Assembly: GCA_030697685.1 (NCBI GenBank)
Contig: JAUYPF010000048.1
Span: 1 to 58,702, forward strand
Reading direction: 5' to 3'
Source: a bacterium
GTDB lineage: Archaea; Nanobdellota; Nanobdellia; SCGC-AAA011-G17; GW2011-AR17
Length of the DNA: 58,702 nt
Position 1 is the stretch's first letter; every line of letters begins with the position of its first letter. The notes below the pieces were generated by a model that did no database searches, was not told the DNA's origin, and saw only the letters and a program-made list of their open reading frames with translations. Both the position numbers and the translations under genes were made by a program. This document shows, one piece after another, positions 38,281 through 47,692 of the stretch.

Positions 38281-40789
38281 AATACGATTAGAGAATATTC
38301 GAAGTTATATTTCTGAGGAAATTATTTTCCCAGAAGGAAAAGTCTTGCTATGGGGAAATATTGGCTCAGGGAAAAGTAGTATTTTGTATGCGATAGATTT
38401 TGTGTTATTTGGATTGCAACAAACAGACTTAGCTGGTGCATCTCTTTTACGAAATGGCACTGAAGAAGGATCTGTTGAATTATTTTTTTCTATTGGGGAT
38501 AAAGAATATGTGTTAAAGCGAGTTTTAAAGAGAACAAAGATAGGAGTTGGACAGGATGCTGGATATATTATCCGTAATGGTATAAAAGAAGATAAGACTG
38601 CGATGGAATTAAAACAAATTGTTCTAGAACTGTTGAACTATCCAAGAGATTTGATCACAAAAAAGAAAAATCTCATTTATCGATATACAGTATATACACC
38701 ACAGGAGGAAATGAAAACTATTCTTCTTGGTCCTAAAGAAGAAAGATTAGATACCTTACGAAAAGTTTTTGGTGTGGACAAATACAAGAGGATCAAAGAG
38801 AATACCAAGATAGTCATTTCTGAATTAAAAGAAAGAAAAAAAATATATGAAGGGGCAAGTCTCGATCTTCCTGAGAAAATTCTAGAGAGAGAGAAAAAAG
38901 AAAAAGAAAATTTAGAGTTAGGACAAAAATATTCTGCACTTCTTCCTCTCTTTGAACAAGTTGAATTAGAGCTTAAGCAAAAGAAAGAACAGATTTTGAT
39001 GTTAGAAATGAAAAAAGAAGAGCTTTCACACATTCTAAAAGAGTTTGCACTTTGTAGTCTGCAAATTACTCATATAAAAGAAGAGAAAGAAGGAAATGCT
39101 GTTAAGGAACAACTGCTCTTGAAAGACATTGAAAATTTACAATTAGAAAAACTTGAGCTGCATGAAGATGTGCAAAAATTAGTGAAAGCATTTGAAGAGC
39201 AAATTCTTCTGAAAGAAAAAGAACTGATGGAAATAGAGTTGAAAAAAGATTGGCTTAGCAAAATCAATACGGATCTTGCCCTTTGTGGTTTGCAACTAAC
39301 CCATATACTAACAGATAAAGAAATAAATGCACAAAAAGAGCAAGTATTATTCAAAGAGCTTGAAAGCTTAGAACTAGAAAAACTAGAATTGCATCAAGAT
39401 GTGAAAGAACTTATCAAAGCTTTAGATACACAGCATCTTTTGAAAGAGAAAGAGCTACGAGAGACTCTAAATAAAGTTCAAGAGTTTAAGACGAGGAAAC
39501 AGCATGCTTTGCATATTAAACACAAAATTGAAAGTTTAAATAACTGCCCCACATGTTTTCAGGAAGTTTCCTTGAGTTATAAACAAAAAATTGTTGAAAA
39601 TTCTTTTTTAGAATTAGGGATTTTTAATAATGAAATACAAATTTCTGAAGTGAAACAGCTTGCTTTAGAGGAGGAAATACAAAACATTCTTAGAGAACTG
39701 GAAATTTTAAAGAAAAGAGAACAAGATGTTGCACTCATCAAATTAAAAATTCAGCATTTAGAAAAAAAGAAAGAAGAGTTATCTCTAATTCAGAAGAAAG
39801 ATATAGAACTTCAAGGCAGTGCTCTCGTATTACGTACAAGAAAAATAGAATTAGAAAAACAACAAGAATCTTTTGCTTATTTAGAAGCCTTATATTCTAC
39901 TCTGAAACAAAAGTTAGAATCATTACGAAAAGAAATAGAGCTTTTGAGAAATAAAGAACGAGATATTGTATTCATACAATTAAAAATACAAAATTTAGAT
40001 AAGAAAAAAGAAGAACTCTCCTTAGTTCAGAAGAGAAATATTGAATTGCAGGAATCTCTTTTTAGCTTAGAAGAGCAAAAATTCGGATTAGAACAGAAAC
40101 AAGAATCTTTGGCATATCTAGAAGCTCTATACCTCCCACTCAAACAGGAAGTAGACTTCATACAAGAAAAAATACAAGTGATCCAATTAGAAAAGACTCA
40201 ATTAGAAGTTGCACAAAAACATATGCAGCTGTTTCTAAATAGCATAGAACTGGAAATCCATAAAAAGATAGTCTTAAGAGAGAAAAAAGAATCTTTGAAT
40301 AAAATTCAATTCTGGTTAACAGATCATTTTATTCCATTAATGGAAAATATGGAAAAGAATATTTTATTTAAGGTGCATGCAGAGTTTAATGCACTTTTTG
40401 AGAAATGGTTTTCTATACTTATTGATAACCAAACACTTTCTATGTGCTTAGATGAAGAATATTCGCCAAAAATTAATCAGAATGGCTATGATATCGCATA
40501 TGAATTTCTCTCTGGTGGAGAAAAAACTGCTGGAGCATTAGCATATAGGCTCGCATTGAATCAAATTATTAATAATTTGAATGTGGGATTGAAAACGCAG
40601 GATTTACTTATATTAGATGAACCTACTGATGGTTTTAGCCATGAACAATTAGATAGACTAAAAGTGCTTATTGACGAATTGAGAATACCACAAATTATTA
40701 TGGTCAGCCATGAGGCACAAATAGAATGTTTTGCGGATCATATTATCCGTTTTGAAAAAAGGGATCATGTTACAAAGGTTATTTTTTAA
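38267..40789 (+). CDS. rad50: Rad50 SMC-like ATPase
   Basis: GNIGSGKS Walker A, CPTC zinc hook, LSGGE, LDEPT, SH; TTG start overlapping mre11. Confidence 0.92.
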   Translation: MKLHKIRLENIRSYISEEIIFPEGKVLLWGNIGSGKSSILYAIDFVLFGLQQTDLAGASLLRNGTEEGSVELFFSIGDKEYVLKRVLKRTKIGVGQDAGYIIRNGIKEDKTAMELKQIVLELLNYPRDLITKKKNLIYRYTVYTPQEEMKTILLGPKEERLDTLRKVFGVDKYKRIKENTKIVISELKERKKIYEGASLDLPEKILEREKKEKENLELGQKYSALLPLFEQVELELKQKKEQILMLEMKKEELSHILKEFALCSLQITHIKEEKEGNAVKEQLLLKDIENLQLEKLELHEDVQKLVKAFEEQILLKEKELMEIELKKDWLSKINTDLALCGLQLTHILTDKEINAQKEQVLFKELESLELEKLELHQDVKELIKALDTQHLLKEKELRETLNKVQEFKTRKQHALHIKHKIESLNNCPTCFQEVSLSYKQKIVENSFLELGIFNNEIQISEVKQLALEEEIQNILRELEILKKREQDVALIKLKIQHLEKKKEELSLIQKKDIELQGSALVLRTRKIELEKQQESFAYLEALYSTLKQKLESLRKEIELLRNKERDIVFIQLKIQNLDKKKEELSLVQKRNIELQESLFSLEEQKFGLEQKQESLAYLEALYLPLKQEVDFIQEKIQVIQLEKTQLEVAQKHMQLFLNSIELEIHKKIVLREKKESLNKIQFWLTDHFIPLMENMEKNILFKVHAEFNALFEKWFSILIDNQTLSMCLDEEYSPKINQNGYDIAYEFLSGGEKTAGALAYRLALNQIINNLNVGLKTQDLLILDEPTDGFSHEQLDRLKVLIDELRIPQIIMVSHEAQIECFADHIIRFEKRDHVTKVIF

Positions 40790-40863
40790 GCTCTAGTTTT
40801 TCTTTCCTATTAGTTGAATAATGAACACAAACTATTTAAATCTCCATATAATTAAAGGCAGTT

Positions 40864-42324
40864 ATGAAAAGAGGCACACTATTATTTGTTTTCACACTAC
40901 TTCTTACAGTAGCTATGGCATCCGCAGACGAAGGTATATCTTTTACTGAGATTAACTCAACTACAATTATATTTCCAGGAGAGCTTGGACAATATACTCT
41001 CCTCCTAAAAAATGAAGGGGCACGTGAGTTAAAAATACAAATTCAAGCAGAAGCTTATGCAGGCTTACCTTCTTCTGATTTTGATTATGTCTTTGTTGAG
41101 CCAAGTTATGTTGAACTTCAAGGGCATGAAGAAACAGAAGTCATTGTTTCTATTAAACTAAAAGAAGATGTTGTTCGACAAAAACGGTATAAAACGTATA
41201 TTACTGCTGAAGCCTTGAATCTTGATGGTATTTCTACACTATATGATTTACAAGTCTTTGCGATGCCTCCACAAAGTGCAATTAGTGCAACACTTTCTGA
41301 ATCTGCAGAGCGTGTTGGGCCTGGAGGAGATCTGAGTATTGATGTACATTTGAAAAATAATCTTATGCAAGATCTCAGTAATGTTGATGTGTATATTTCC
41401 AGTGATCTTTTTGAGGATCAACAAACTATTGAACTCTTTAAAAATCAAGAAAAAGATTTAGAATTTATTTTTACCATTCCACGAAGTGCTGCACCAAAAG
41501 AATATTCTTTTAATGTACGTTTGTATTATGAAGATGAATTGAGTGGAAGTGTTAGTGGTGATTTTATTGTTGATGAAAATCTGAATGTAAGTGAATATAA
41601 TGAAATTGTTTCTGGTTTTCTCTATGAAACAAGAACAGTAACTATTAGTAATAATGGAAATTCTGTGATTAGTGATTTCTATGATCAGGATCCAGGGCTG
41701 TTTGAGAGATGGTTTACAGGCTATTCTGCTGAGCCAAGTTATGATAATGAATTAGGACAGGCTACATGGACCTTTACTCTTGCTCCAGAAGAAAAATTTG
41801 TTCTTGTGAGTGATGAAGATTATCGGCCATTGCTTGTTGGTATTATCGTTGTCTTATTGCTTGGATTCATTATGTATTATATTTTTACCAAAAGAGTTAT
41901 TATTAAAAAAGAAACTTTCAAATTGAAATACAGCACCGATGGGGTTTCTGAGTTTAAAGTATTGCTTCATTTGAAAAACAATACAAATAAAGCAATCAAG
42001 GATATTACTATTATTGATGTATTACCAAAACTGATACAGCCAAAAACTAATTTTGGAACCTTGCATCCAAGTGGTATTGAACGAGGAGACAAAGGAATTA
42101 GAATTATGTGGAAGATCCCAGAGTTAGTTAGTGGTGAAGAGCGAATTATTTCCTATGAAGTGGATGCACAGTTTAAAGTGATTGGAGATATTTCTTTGCC
42201 AAAAGCAACTGTCAAGTACAAAAATAAAAATAACAGAGCAACCCATATTAGCTCTAACAGTGCAAAAGTTGTTTCTGGTATTGTGGAATCTCCTGAAGAG
42301 GAATATCCTAGGAAAAAGAAGTAA
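40864..42324 (+). CDS. Secreted/membrane-anchored protein with beta-rich Ig-like domains
   Basis: Signal peptide, repeated L.N.G / V.LKN beta motifs, TM PLLVGIIVVLLLGFIMYYIF, C-terminal L.SGEER.ISY domain. Confidence 0.75.
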   Translation: MKRGTLLFVFTLLLTVAMASADEGISFTEINSTTIIFPGELGQYTLLLKNEGARELKIQIQAEAYAGLPSSDFDYVFVEPSYVELQGHEETEVIVSIKLKEDVVRQKRYKTYITAEALNLDGISTLYDLQVFAMPPQSAISATLSESAERVGPGGDLSIDVHLKNNLMQDLSNVDVYISSDLFEDQQTIELFKNQEKDLEFIFTIPRSAAPKEYSFNVRLYYEDELSGSVSGDFIVDENLNVSEYNEIVSGFLYETRTVTISNNGNSVISDFYDQDPGLFERWFTGYSAEPSYDNELGQATWTFTLAPEEKFVLVSDEDYRPLLVGIIVVLLLGFIMYYIFTKRVIIKKETFKLKYSTDGVSEFKVLLHLKNNTNKAIKDITIIDVLPKLIQPKTNFGTLHPSGIERGDKGIRIMWKIPELVSGEERIISYEVDAQFKVIGDISLPKATVKYKNKNNRATHISSNSAKVVSGIVESPEEEYPRKKK

Positions 42325-42326
42325 TC

Positions 42327-42871
42327 TTATTCTTTTTTTATTTCATTATCTTGGTGTGCTCTACTTCCTGTGACTGATATTTGTCCAAGGTATTTTCCAT
42401 TGTAGCCAACATCTAGCTTTCTATCCATAGTCACAAAAACAATTTGGCATATTCTTCTCCCGCTTTCCAATTTGATAGGTACGTTACAAGCATTAAATAA
42501 CTCTAAAGTAATTGTTCCTTTGAAGCCAGGGTCAATCCAACCTGCATTTTGAATGAATAAAAACCTAAACGGCCGATAGAAGATCTTCCTTCTACAAAGC
42601 CAACATGATCTAAAGGAATCTCTACATATTCCATTGTTTTTGCAAGGATGAAAGACTTGGGTGGGATGATAATTGTATCAGCTTTTATTTCTCTATATTT
42701 AACAGGAGTTCTCATATCAATTAATTCGTGCTGGTGTTCATCCACAACCATAAATTCATCTGCTAAGCGTAAATCAATAGAAGCAGGTTGTATTTGATGA
42801 TCTTCAATAGGATTTATTATTATTTCTTTATTATTTAATTTTTCTCTTAGTCCATGATTTGAAAGTATCAT
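42327..42871 (-). pseudogene. dcd: dCTP deaminase, frameshifted at T-run 42559-42563
   Basis: IQPASIDLRL...EGRSSIGRLG, then in another frame LFIQNAGWIDPGFKGTITLEL...GRRICQIVF...Y.GKY.GQ; 545 nt total. Confidence 0.85.
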
Positions 42872-42978
42872 CTATTTTTTTAGAGGATAAAAGAGTTTTT
42901 TAAGTTGTGGATGGTAGAGAATATCTCAAAATGGGTGGACAAAATCTTTATAAAGCTAGGATTTTTCGTCTATAGTAG

Positions 42979-43104
42979 CCCCACGTAGCTTAATGGTTTG
43001 AGCACTTGGCTGTAGATGAATTCCCCTTTTGACACTGCAAAGCAGAGGATGAACAAAGGGCAGCTGATCCCGAGAGGTTCCTGGTTCGAGTCCGGGCGTG
43101 GGGA
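42979..43104 (+). tRNA. tRNA-Tyr(GTA) with ~53-nt intron at 37/38 (43016-43068)
   Basis: CCCCACG/CGTGGGG (C1-G72, A73), CTTGG/CCGAG anticodon stem, CCTGG-TTCGAGT-CCGGG; relaxed BHB. Confidence 0.9.
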
Positions 43105-43180
43105 TTTATTTTTTTAAACAAATTATTAAACTTAAAATACAAATTTTTACGCACATTAGAAAATTCATTAAACAATAATA

Positions 43181-43531
43181 TTACAGCATCTTCAAGTGCC
43201 CAGTAACTTTGTCAATTTTCTCTTCTTTATCAGGGCCTATTGCTGCACAGGTAACTGTTGGTTTGTCAAAAAAAGTTTTTCCTGCATCGGTAATTATTGC
43301 AGTTTTCAAACCATGCGCTTGCGCTTCTCGTTGATATTTTTGTAACTCTTTTAGATCTGCAACTTTTAATGTGACTTTTTTCATTCCTTCTTCATACCAT
43401 TCATGTACTTTTTCTTTTGAAGAACCAAGAACTGCCTCTACTGATGCGTGCGCCACTTGAATAGAAAGTTTTCCTTTGTCCATTTTCAGATCCATACGAA
43501 CGAGAATTATTTGTTTCATTTTTATTTTCAT
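43181..43531 (-). CDS. pth2: Peptidyl-tRNA hydrolase Pth2
   Basis: KQ.I.VR.DL.M..GK...Q.AHA, DAG.T, IGP, IDKVTG.L. Confidence 0.95.
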   Translation of the reverse strand: MKIKMKQIILVRMDLKMDKGKLSIQVAHASVEAVLGSSKEKVHEWYEEGMKKVTLKVADLKELQKYQREAQAHGLKTAIITDAGKTFFDKPTVTCAAIGPDKEEKIDKVTGHLKML

Positions 43532-43620
43532 AGCCTTTAAGTTATATAAAGATTTCCAAAAGCTTTATATTCTTTCTTTCTCATTACTAGAACATTACAC
43601 TTATAGGAGGGTGTTGTCAG

Positions 43621-45531
43621 ATGAAAAAAATTGGAATGATATTTATTATTTTTCTTCTCGGTATAAGCCTTGCAAGTGCAAGTTTTTTTGGAGAAAGTTG
43701 GGGTTTTCTTATAACTGGAAATGTTGTTGCAGAAGGAAATGCAGGAATACTTGAAGGTGAAGAGGTAAGTGGAAGCGGAGAGGGAAGTGCTCCTGCTAGT
43801 GATGGAGGAAGTAGTACACCTGCTCCAGAAACAAGCCCTGCACCAAGTGGTAGTGGGGATTCGGGACAAAGTATGCCTGTCGAAGGTGAACAAAAACCAC
43901 AAGGAGATCAAAATTATCAACAATATCAGGGTGAACAAAGACTAGGTTCTGAACCAAGGAATGAAAAGTGCTTTGTTGGAGATCAAGAAGTCCCTTGCCA
44001 GCAAAATCAAGGACCAGATAATTATCAACAATTTAAGGGAGAACAAAGAGCCCCAGAAGATTCTCAAACAATAGAAGGACAAGAAATTAATATGAAAAGT
44101 GGAGATTATAAACAGCAAGTTTATGGAGAAAACTGGTGTAAAAATGGACAATGTTGCCCTGATTCTATTTGTGATGATTTTGAACAAAAAACAGGGGGAT
44201 GTTCAATGGATTGTGGTAGAAAAGGATCACAACAAACAAATCAATATCAAGAATCAACCCCAATACAAAATTATGTAAGCCAAGAATGTTTAACGGATGA
44301 TACCCTAAATATTTTACAAGAAAAATGTGAAACTAATGGTGGAACTTGGGAGATAATAGATGTTAATGGATGTAGCAAACCAAACTGTAAGTTACAACAA
44401 ATGAAAGGAAATTTTATTTCTGGTGGAGGCTATGACCAAAATTCTATGCAAACATCAAAACTGCAATGTGAACAAATGGACTTAGTGGCAGACGTGGAAT
44501 CAGGGATAAATGGACCACAAATTCAATGTGTAAAAGAAGGTGAGGAAAGGTTTGGAGTTATAACAAGAGAAATTGATGCTGTAGAAGCTTTAGAATTTGT
44601 ATTCAAGCTTGAAGAAATCAAACTAAAATTGAATACAGATGGAGATTTATACAAACGTGTTGAAAGGCTACAAAAATACTATGAAAATCAAGGAGATACC
44701 GAATCGGCTCAAAGATATTCTAATGCCTTAACAAAGATGGAAGAAGCTCGATTGGCAATAGATTCTTTAAGAGAACAAATGAAAAATTCAATAGAAAGTG
44801 AAGGAAAGCTTACTGTAGAAAACTTGTATATGTTTAAAGAAATGACACAAGAAATTGTAGAAGGTAATTTGATGAAAATTGCTTATGCAATGATCGGTGT
44901 CAATGTAGACTTAGTAAGTGAAAGTGAATTATTAGAAAGCAAAGATTGTGAAAATGATGATGAATGTTTTGAAGAACGATTTAAACAGTGTGTCATTGGA
45001 ACAACATTTGAACCTTCAGAAGAACAAGGGGAAATAAGATTAGAAATTGCTGGAAGCGATAGCGGAGCTTGTACAGTTATCTTAAAAATTGAAAATTCTG
45101 GAGATGTAAATTGTGTTTTTAATGAAGCACAATACAAGTACATGCCATTGTCTAGAGAGGCATTCCTTAGTGTTTGTGGAGAAGAACTAAAAAGCAAAAT
45201 AACTATGCCTATAGAAGAATTTGAAGATGAATCTGAATTTGAAGGTGAATATGATGGAGGAAAAGACCAATTCTGTCAAATTAATGAAGGCTGTAATTGC
45301 AACGAAATATGTGAAGAAAATATTGGAGAAGATGCCAATTGTGATGACTGTTTGAGATTTGGGACCTGTGGAGATGGATTATGTGAACCAAAAGTCAATG
45401 AAAATCTTGAGAATTGCCCTGAAGATTGTACTTCAAATATAATCGAAGAGAACAGCATAGATTTGGTTGAGGAAGAAATACTTTCAGAAACAACAGAACC
45501 TGTAATGAGTGAAGAGCTCATTACTCAATAA
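43621..45531 (+). CDS. Large secreted acidic Cys-rich surface protein
   Basis: Signal peptide, S/G/P linker, C.D.ICD / CGDGLCE..ENCPEDC disulfide modules, central helical region. Confidence 0.8.
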   Translation: MKKIGMIFIIFLLGISLASASFFGESWGFLITGNVVAEGNAGILEGEEVSGSGEGSAPASDGGSSTPAPETSPAPSGSGDSGQSMPVEGEQKPQGDQNYQQYQGEQRLGSEPRNEKCFVGDQEVPCQQNQGPDNYQQFKGEQRAPEDSQTIEGQEINMKSGDYKQQVYGENWCKNGQCCPDSICDDFEQKTGGCSMDCGRKGSQQTNQYQESTPIQNYVSQECLTDDTLNILQEKCETNGGTWEIIDVNGCSKPNCKLQQMKGNFISGGGYDQNSMQTSKLQCEQMDLVADVESGINGPQIQCVKEGEERFGVITREIDAVEALEFVFKLEEIKLKLNTDGDLYKRVERLQKYYENQGDTESAQRYSNALTKMEEARLAIDSLREQMKNSIESEGKLTVENLYMFKEMTQEIVEGNLMKIAYAMIGVNVDLVSESELLESKDCENDDECFEERFKQCVIGTTFEPSEEQGEIRLEIAGSDSGACTVILKIENSGDVNCVFNEAQYKYMPLSREAFLSVCGEELKSKITMPIEEFEDESEFEGEYDGGKDQFCQINEGCNCNEICEENIGEDANCDDCLRFGTCGDGLCEPKVNENLENCPEDCTSNIIEENSIDLVEEEILSETTEPVMSEELITQ

Positions 45532-45543
45532 GGAGGTGAAAAT

Positions 45544-45729
45544 ATGCAGAAAAAAATACTTGCAATTGTTATGGTACTTTTGTTGCTTTTATTAATTACA
45601 GGATGTACAAGCAGCATAAAGAGTGATGAACAAGCTGTAGATGAAATGGGGAATGTAAGTGATGAGATTACAGACATAACTCAGGATTTACAGACAATAA
45701 ACGAAGATCTTGGAAGTTCTTCTACCTAA
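45544..45729 (+). CDS. Small lipoprotein-like protein
   Basis: AGGAGGTGA SD; MQKK-hydrophobic-ITGC lipobox. Confidence 0.7.
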   Translation: MQKKILAIVMVLLLLLLITGCTSSIKSDEQAVDEMGNVSDEITDITQDLQTINEDLGSSST

Positions 45730-45742
45730 TTTTTTTCTTTTT

Positions 45743-46855
45743 TTATTTTAGATGCAATTCTATAATATCATCATCTTTTAATTCATGCTCAAGACCAAAT
45801 TTCTCCCCAGCATGTTTTGCACTCTTTCCCCATATTCTTGCGTACTTAAATTTTTTTAAGAAATCCTTGTGAATGAGACGTGCCATTGTTTTTACTGTAT
45901 CCCCTTCTTGCAATGCAACAGGTGGCCAATCCTTTTCTTTTCCAGGAGTTTTTGTAAAAACTTTCATCAAACGAAGTGTATGAAATATATTCTCTTTGAG
46001 TTTTTCTAAACCATAACCTGTTTCTGCAGAGATGCCTTCTCCTTTTATGTCTGCTTTTGTGTGTATTTTGAGAAGAGGTAAATATACAATACCTTCATTC
46101 AATACATCCGCAAGGTCTTCTATAGTGACAGGCTCGAAAGCAGTAATTATTGCATTATGATAACCATTTTGGGTGAGAAGCTGAATTGCATCTTTTGTAT
46201 CAAATCTAAAATATTTATTCCCTAAAAACTCAATTCCTCCCATACCTTGTTTTTTTACAATGATTTTTGGCTTTTCTGCGTTTAGTCTTATATTTGCTTT
46301 TTCAAATTCTTGATAGAGTAAATCTAATTGCTGCTTTTCATTTTGTGTATTGTCAATGAGGAAAACAATAATATCTGCACTCCGCATAATGCTAAATAAT
46401 GTAGGGCCTTCTCCTTTGTATGCAAAGTCTTCATAGATTGCTGGGATTTCTATCACCTGCATTTTTACACCTTTATAATCTGTAATGCCCACTTCAGGTT
46501 TTGTTGTAGTAAATTTGTAGTCAGCGATAAGGGGTTTTGCATTTGTTAAAGCTGTAAGAAGTGTTGATTTGCCTGCATTTGTTAGAGAGACGAGAATGAC
46601 TTGTGCTGCGCCTTCTCTTTTAATTGCAAGATTTGCTCCTTTGCCTTTGCCTTTCCCAGTGAGACGTTCTTTTTCTATTTGAGCGCGAAGCTTGGAAATC
46701 TTTGTTTTAATTTCTGCTCGAAGATTCTCTGTGGATTTATGGTTTGGGCCAACACGCAGCATCTCCTCTAAGCCTGCAATTTTTTCTGGAATTGTTTTTG
46801 CAGCATTATATTTTGCTTCTGCTTTGAAATACTCTGGACCAGCGTTGATTGGCAT
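45743..46855 (-). CDS. DRG/OBG-family GTPase with TGS domain
   Basis: NAGKSTL, Y.FTT..P, TKAD, ARIWG.SAK..G, L.D.DI.E. Confidence 0.92.
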   Translation of the reverse strand: MPINAGPEYFKAEAKYNAAKTIPEKIAGLEEMLRVGPNHKSTENLRAEIKTKISKLRAQIEKERLTGKGKGKGANLAIKREGAAQVILVSLTNAGKSTLLTALTNAKPLIADYKFTTTKPEVGITDYKGVKMQVIEIPAIYEDFAYKGEGPTLFSIMRSADIIVFLIDNTQNEKQQLDLLYQEFEKANIRLNAEKPKIIVKKQGMGGIEFLGNKYFRFDTKDAIQLLTQNGYHNAIITAFEPVTIEDLADVLNEGIVYLPLLKIHTKADIKGEGISAETGYGLEKLKENIFHTLRLMKVFTKTPGKEKDWPPVALQEGDTVKTMARLIHKDFLKKFKYARIWGKSAKHAGEKFGLEHELKDDDIIELHLK

Positions 46856-46996
46856 GCTTCTATGGAAAGTTTCTTCTTTTTTAAGTCTTCCTCTCTTATT
46901 TAGAATTTATTCTTCTTTGTAAAATCTTTGTTTATAAATGTTCCTACTAAATAGCTTTGGTAAAGCTTTTTAAATAAAAATACTCTCTTTTAAGTT

Positions 46997-47527
46997 ATGG
47001 CGATTGCTCTCTATTATTCAAGTGTTGTTACAAACATAGTCGCAGGAATTCTGGTTATTGGTTTTGGAATTCTTGTAGGGAATATTTTTTCTATCATTGG
47101 AAAGAAGGTTTTGCAAAGTTTTGAAATAGAAAAAATTTTTCAAGAAAGAGGTGTACGCTTTCCATTTGAAGAGTTTATTGGTTCAATTATTAAATATGGA
47201 ATTTATATTGCTGGACTTATTTTAGGTTTAGGATTTTTAGGTTTAGAGAAAATACTTTTATATGTAATCCTTGTCATTATTTTAGGATTGCTTATTGCAT
47301 TCATCCTTCTTTCCTTGAAAGATTTTATTCCAAATTTTATTGCAGGATTGATTATTTATATGAAAAGCAAGCTTAGAACAGGTGATATTGTTGAAATTGA
47401 TACTATTGAAGGGAAGGTTATACATACAGATATGCTCGAAGCTAAAATTCGAACAAAAGATGGAGATGTTGTCATTATGCCTAATATTCTTGTTCTGCGT
47501 AGCACTATTACTAAGAAGAGAAAATGA
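46997..47527 (+). CDS. Short MscS-family mechanosensitive channel protein
   Basis: TM helices then KD.I.N.IAG...GD.VEI...EGKV...I.PN. Confidence 0.8.
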   Translation: MAIALYYSSVVTNIVAGILVIGFGILVGNIFSIIGKKVLQSFEIEKIFQERGVRFPFEEFIGSIIKYGIYIAGLILGLGFLGLEKILLYVILVIILGLLIAFILLSLKDFIPNFIAGLIIYMKSKLRTGDIVEIDTIEGKVIHTDMLEAKIRTKDGDVVIMPNILVLRSTITKKRK

Positions 47528-47682
47528 GATATTCTATTACTATTTGCCATGATGATGGATAAAATATTAAGCAATTTTTGCATATGCCTTTTACAGAAGT
47601 TAAGGAAAGATCTATTTTTTGTGAAGATGTTAATGAAAAAGCAGATGGAGATATTCTTATTTTTGCAATGACACATATATAA
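47524..47682 (+). pseudogene. Possible remnant of archaeal D-aminoacyl-tRNA deacylase N-terminus
   Basis: ATG overlaps mscS stop; reads MRYSITICHDDG*NIKQFL...SIFCEDV...DILIFAMTH*. Confidence 0.35.
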
Positions 47683-47692
47683 AACTAGTAGT

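Noticed and set aside
42990..43175. ORF 42990..43175(-)
   Set aside because: Antisense to tRNA-Tyr
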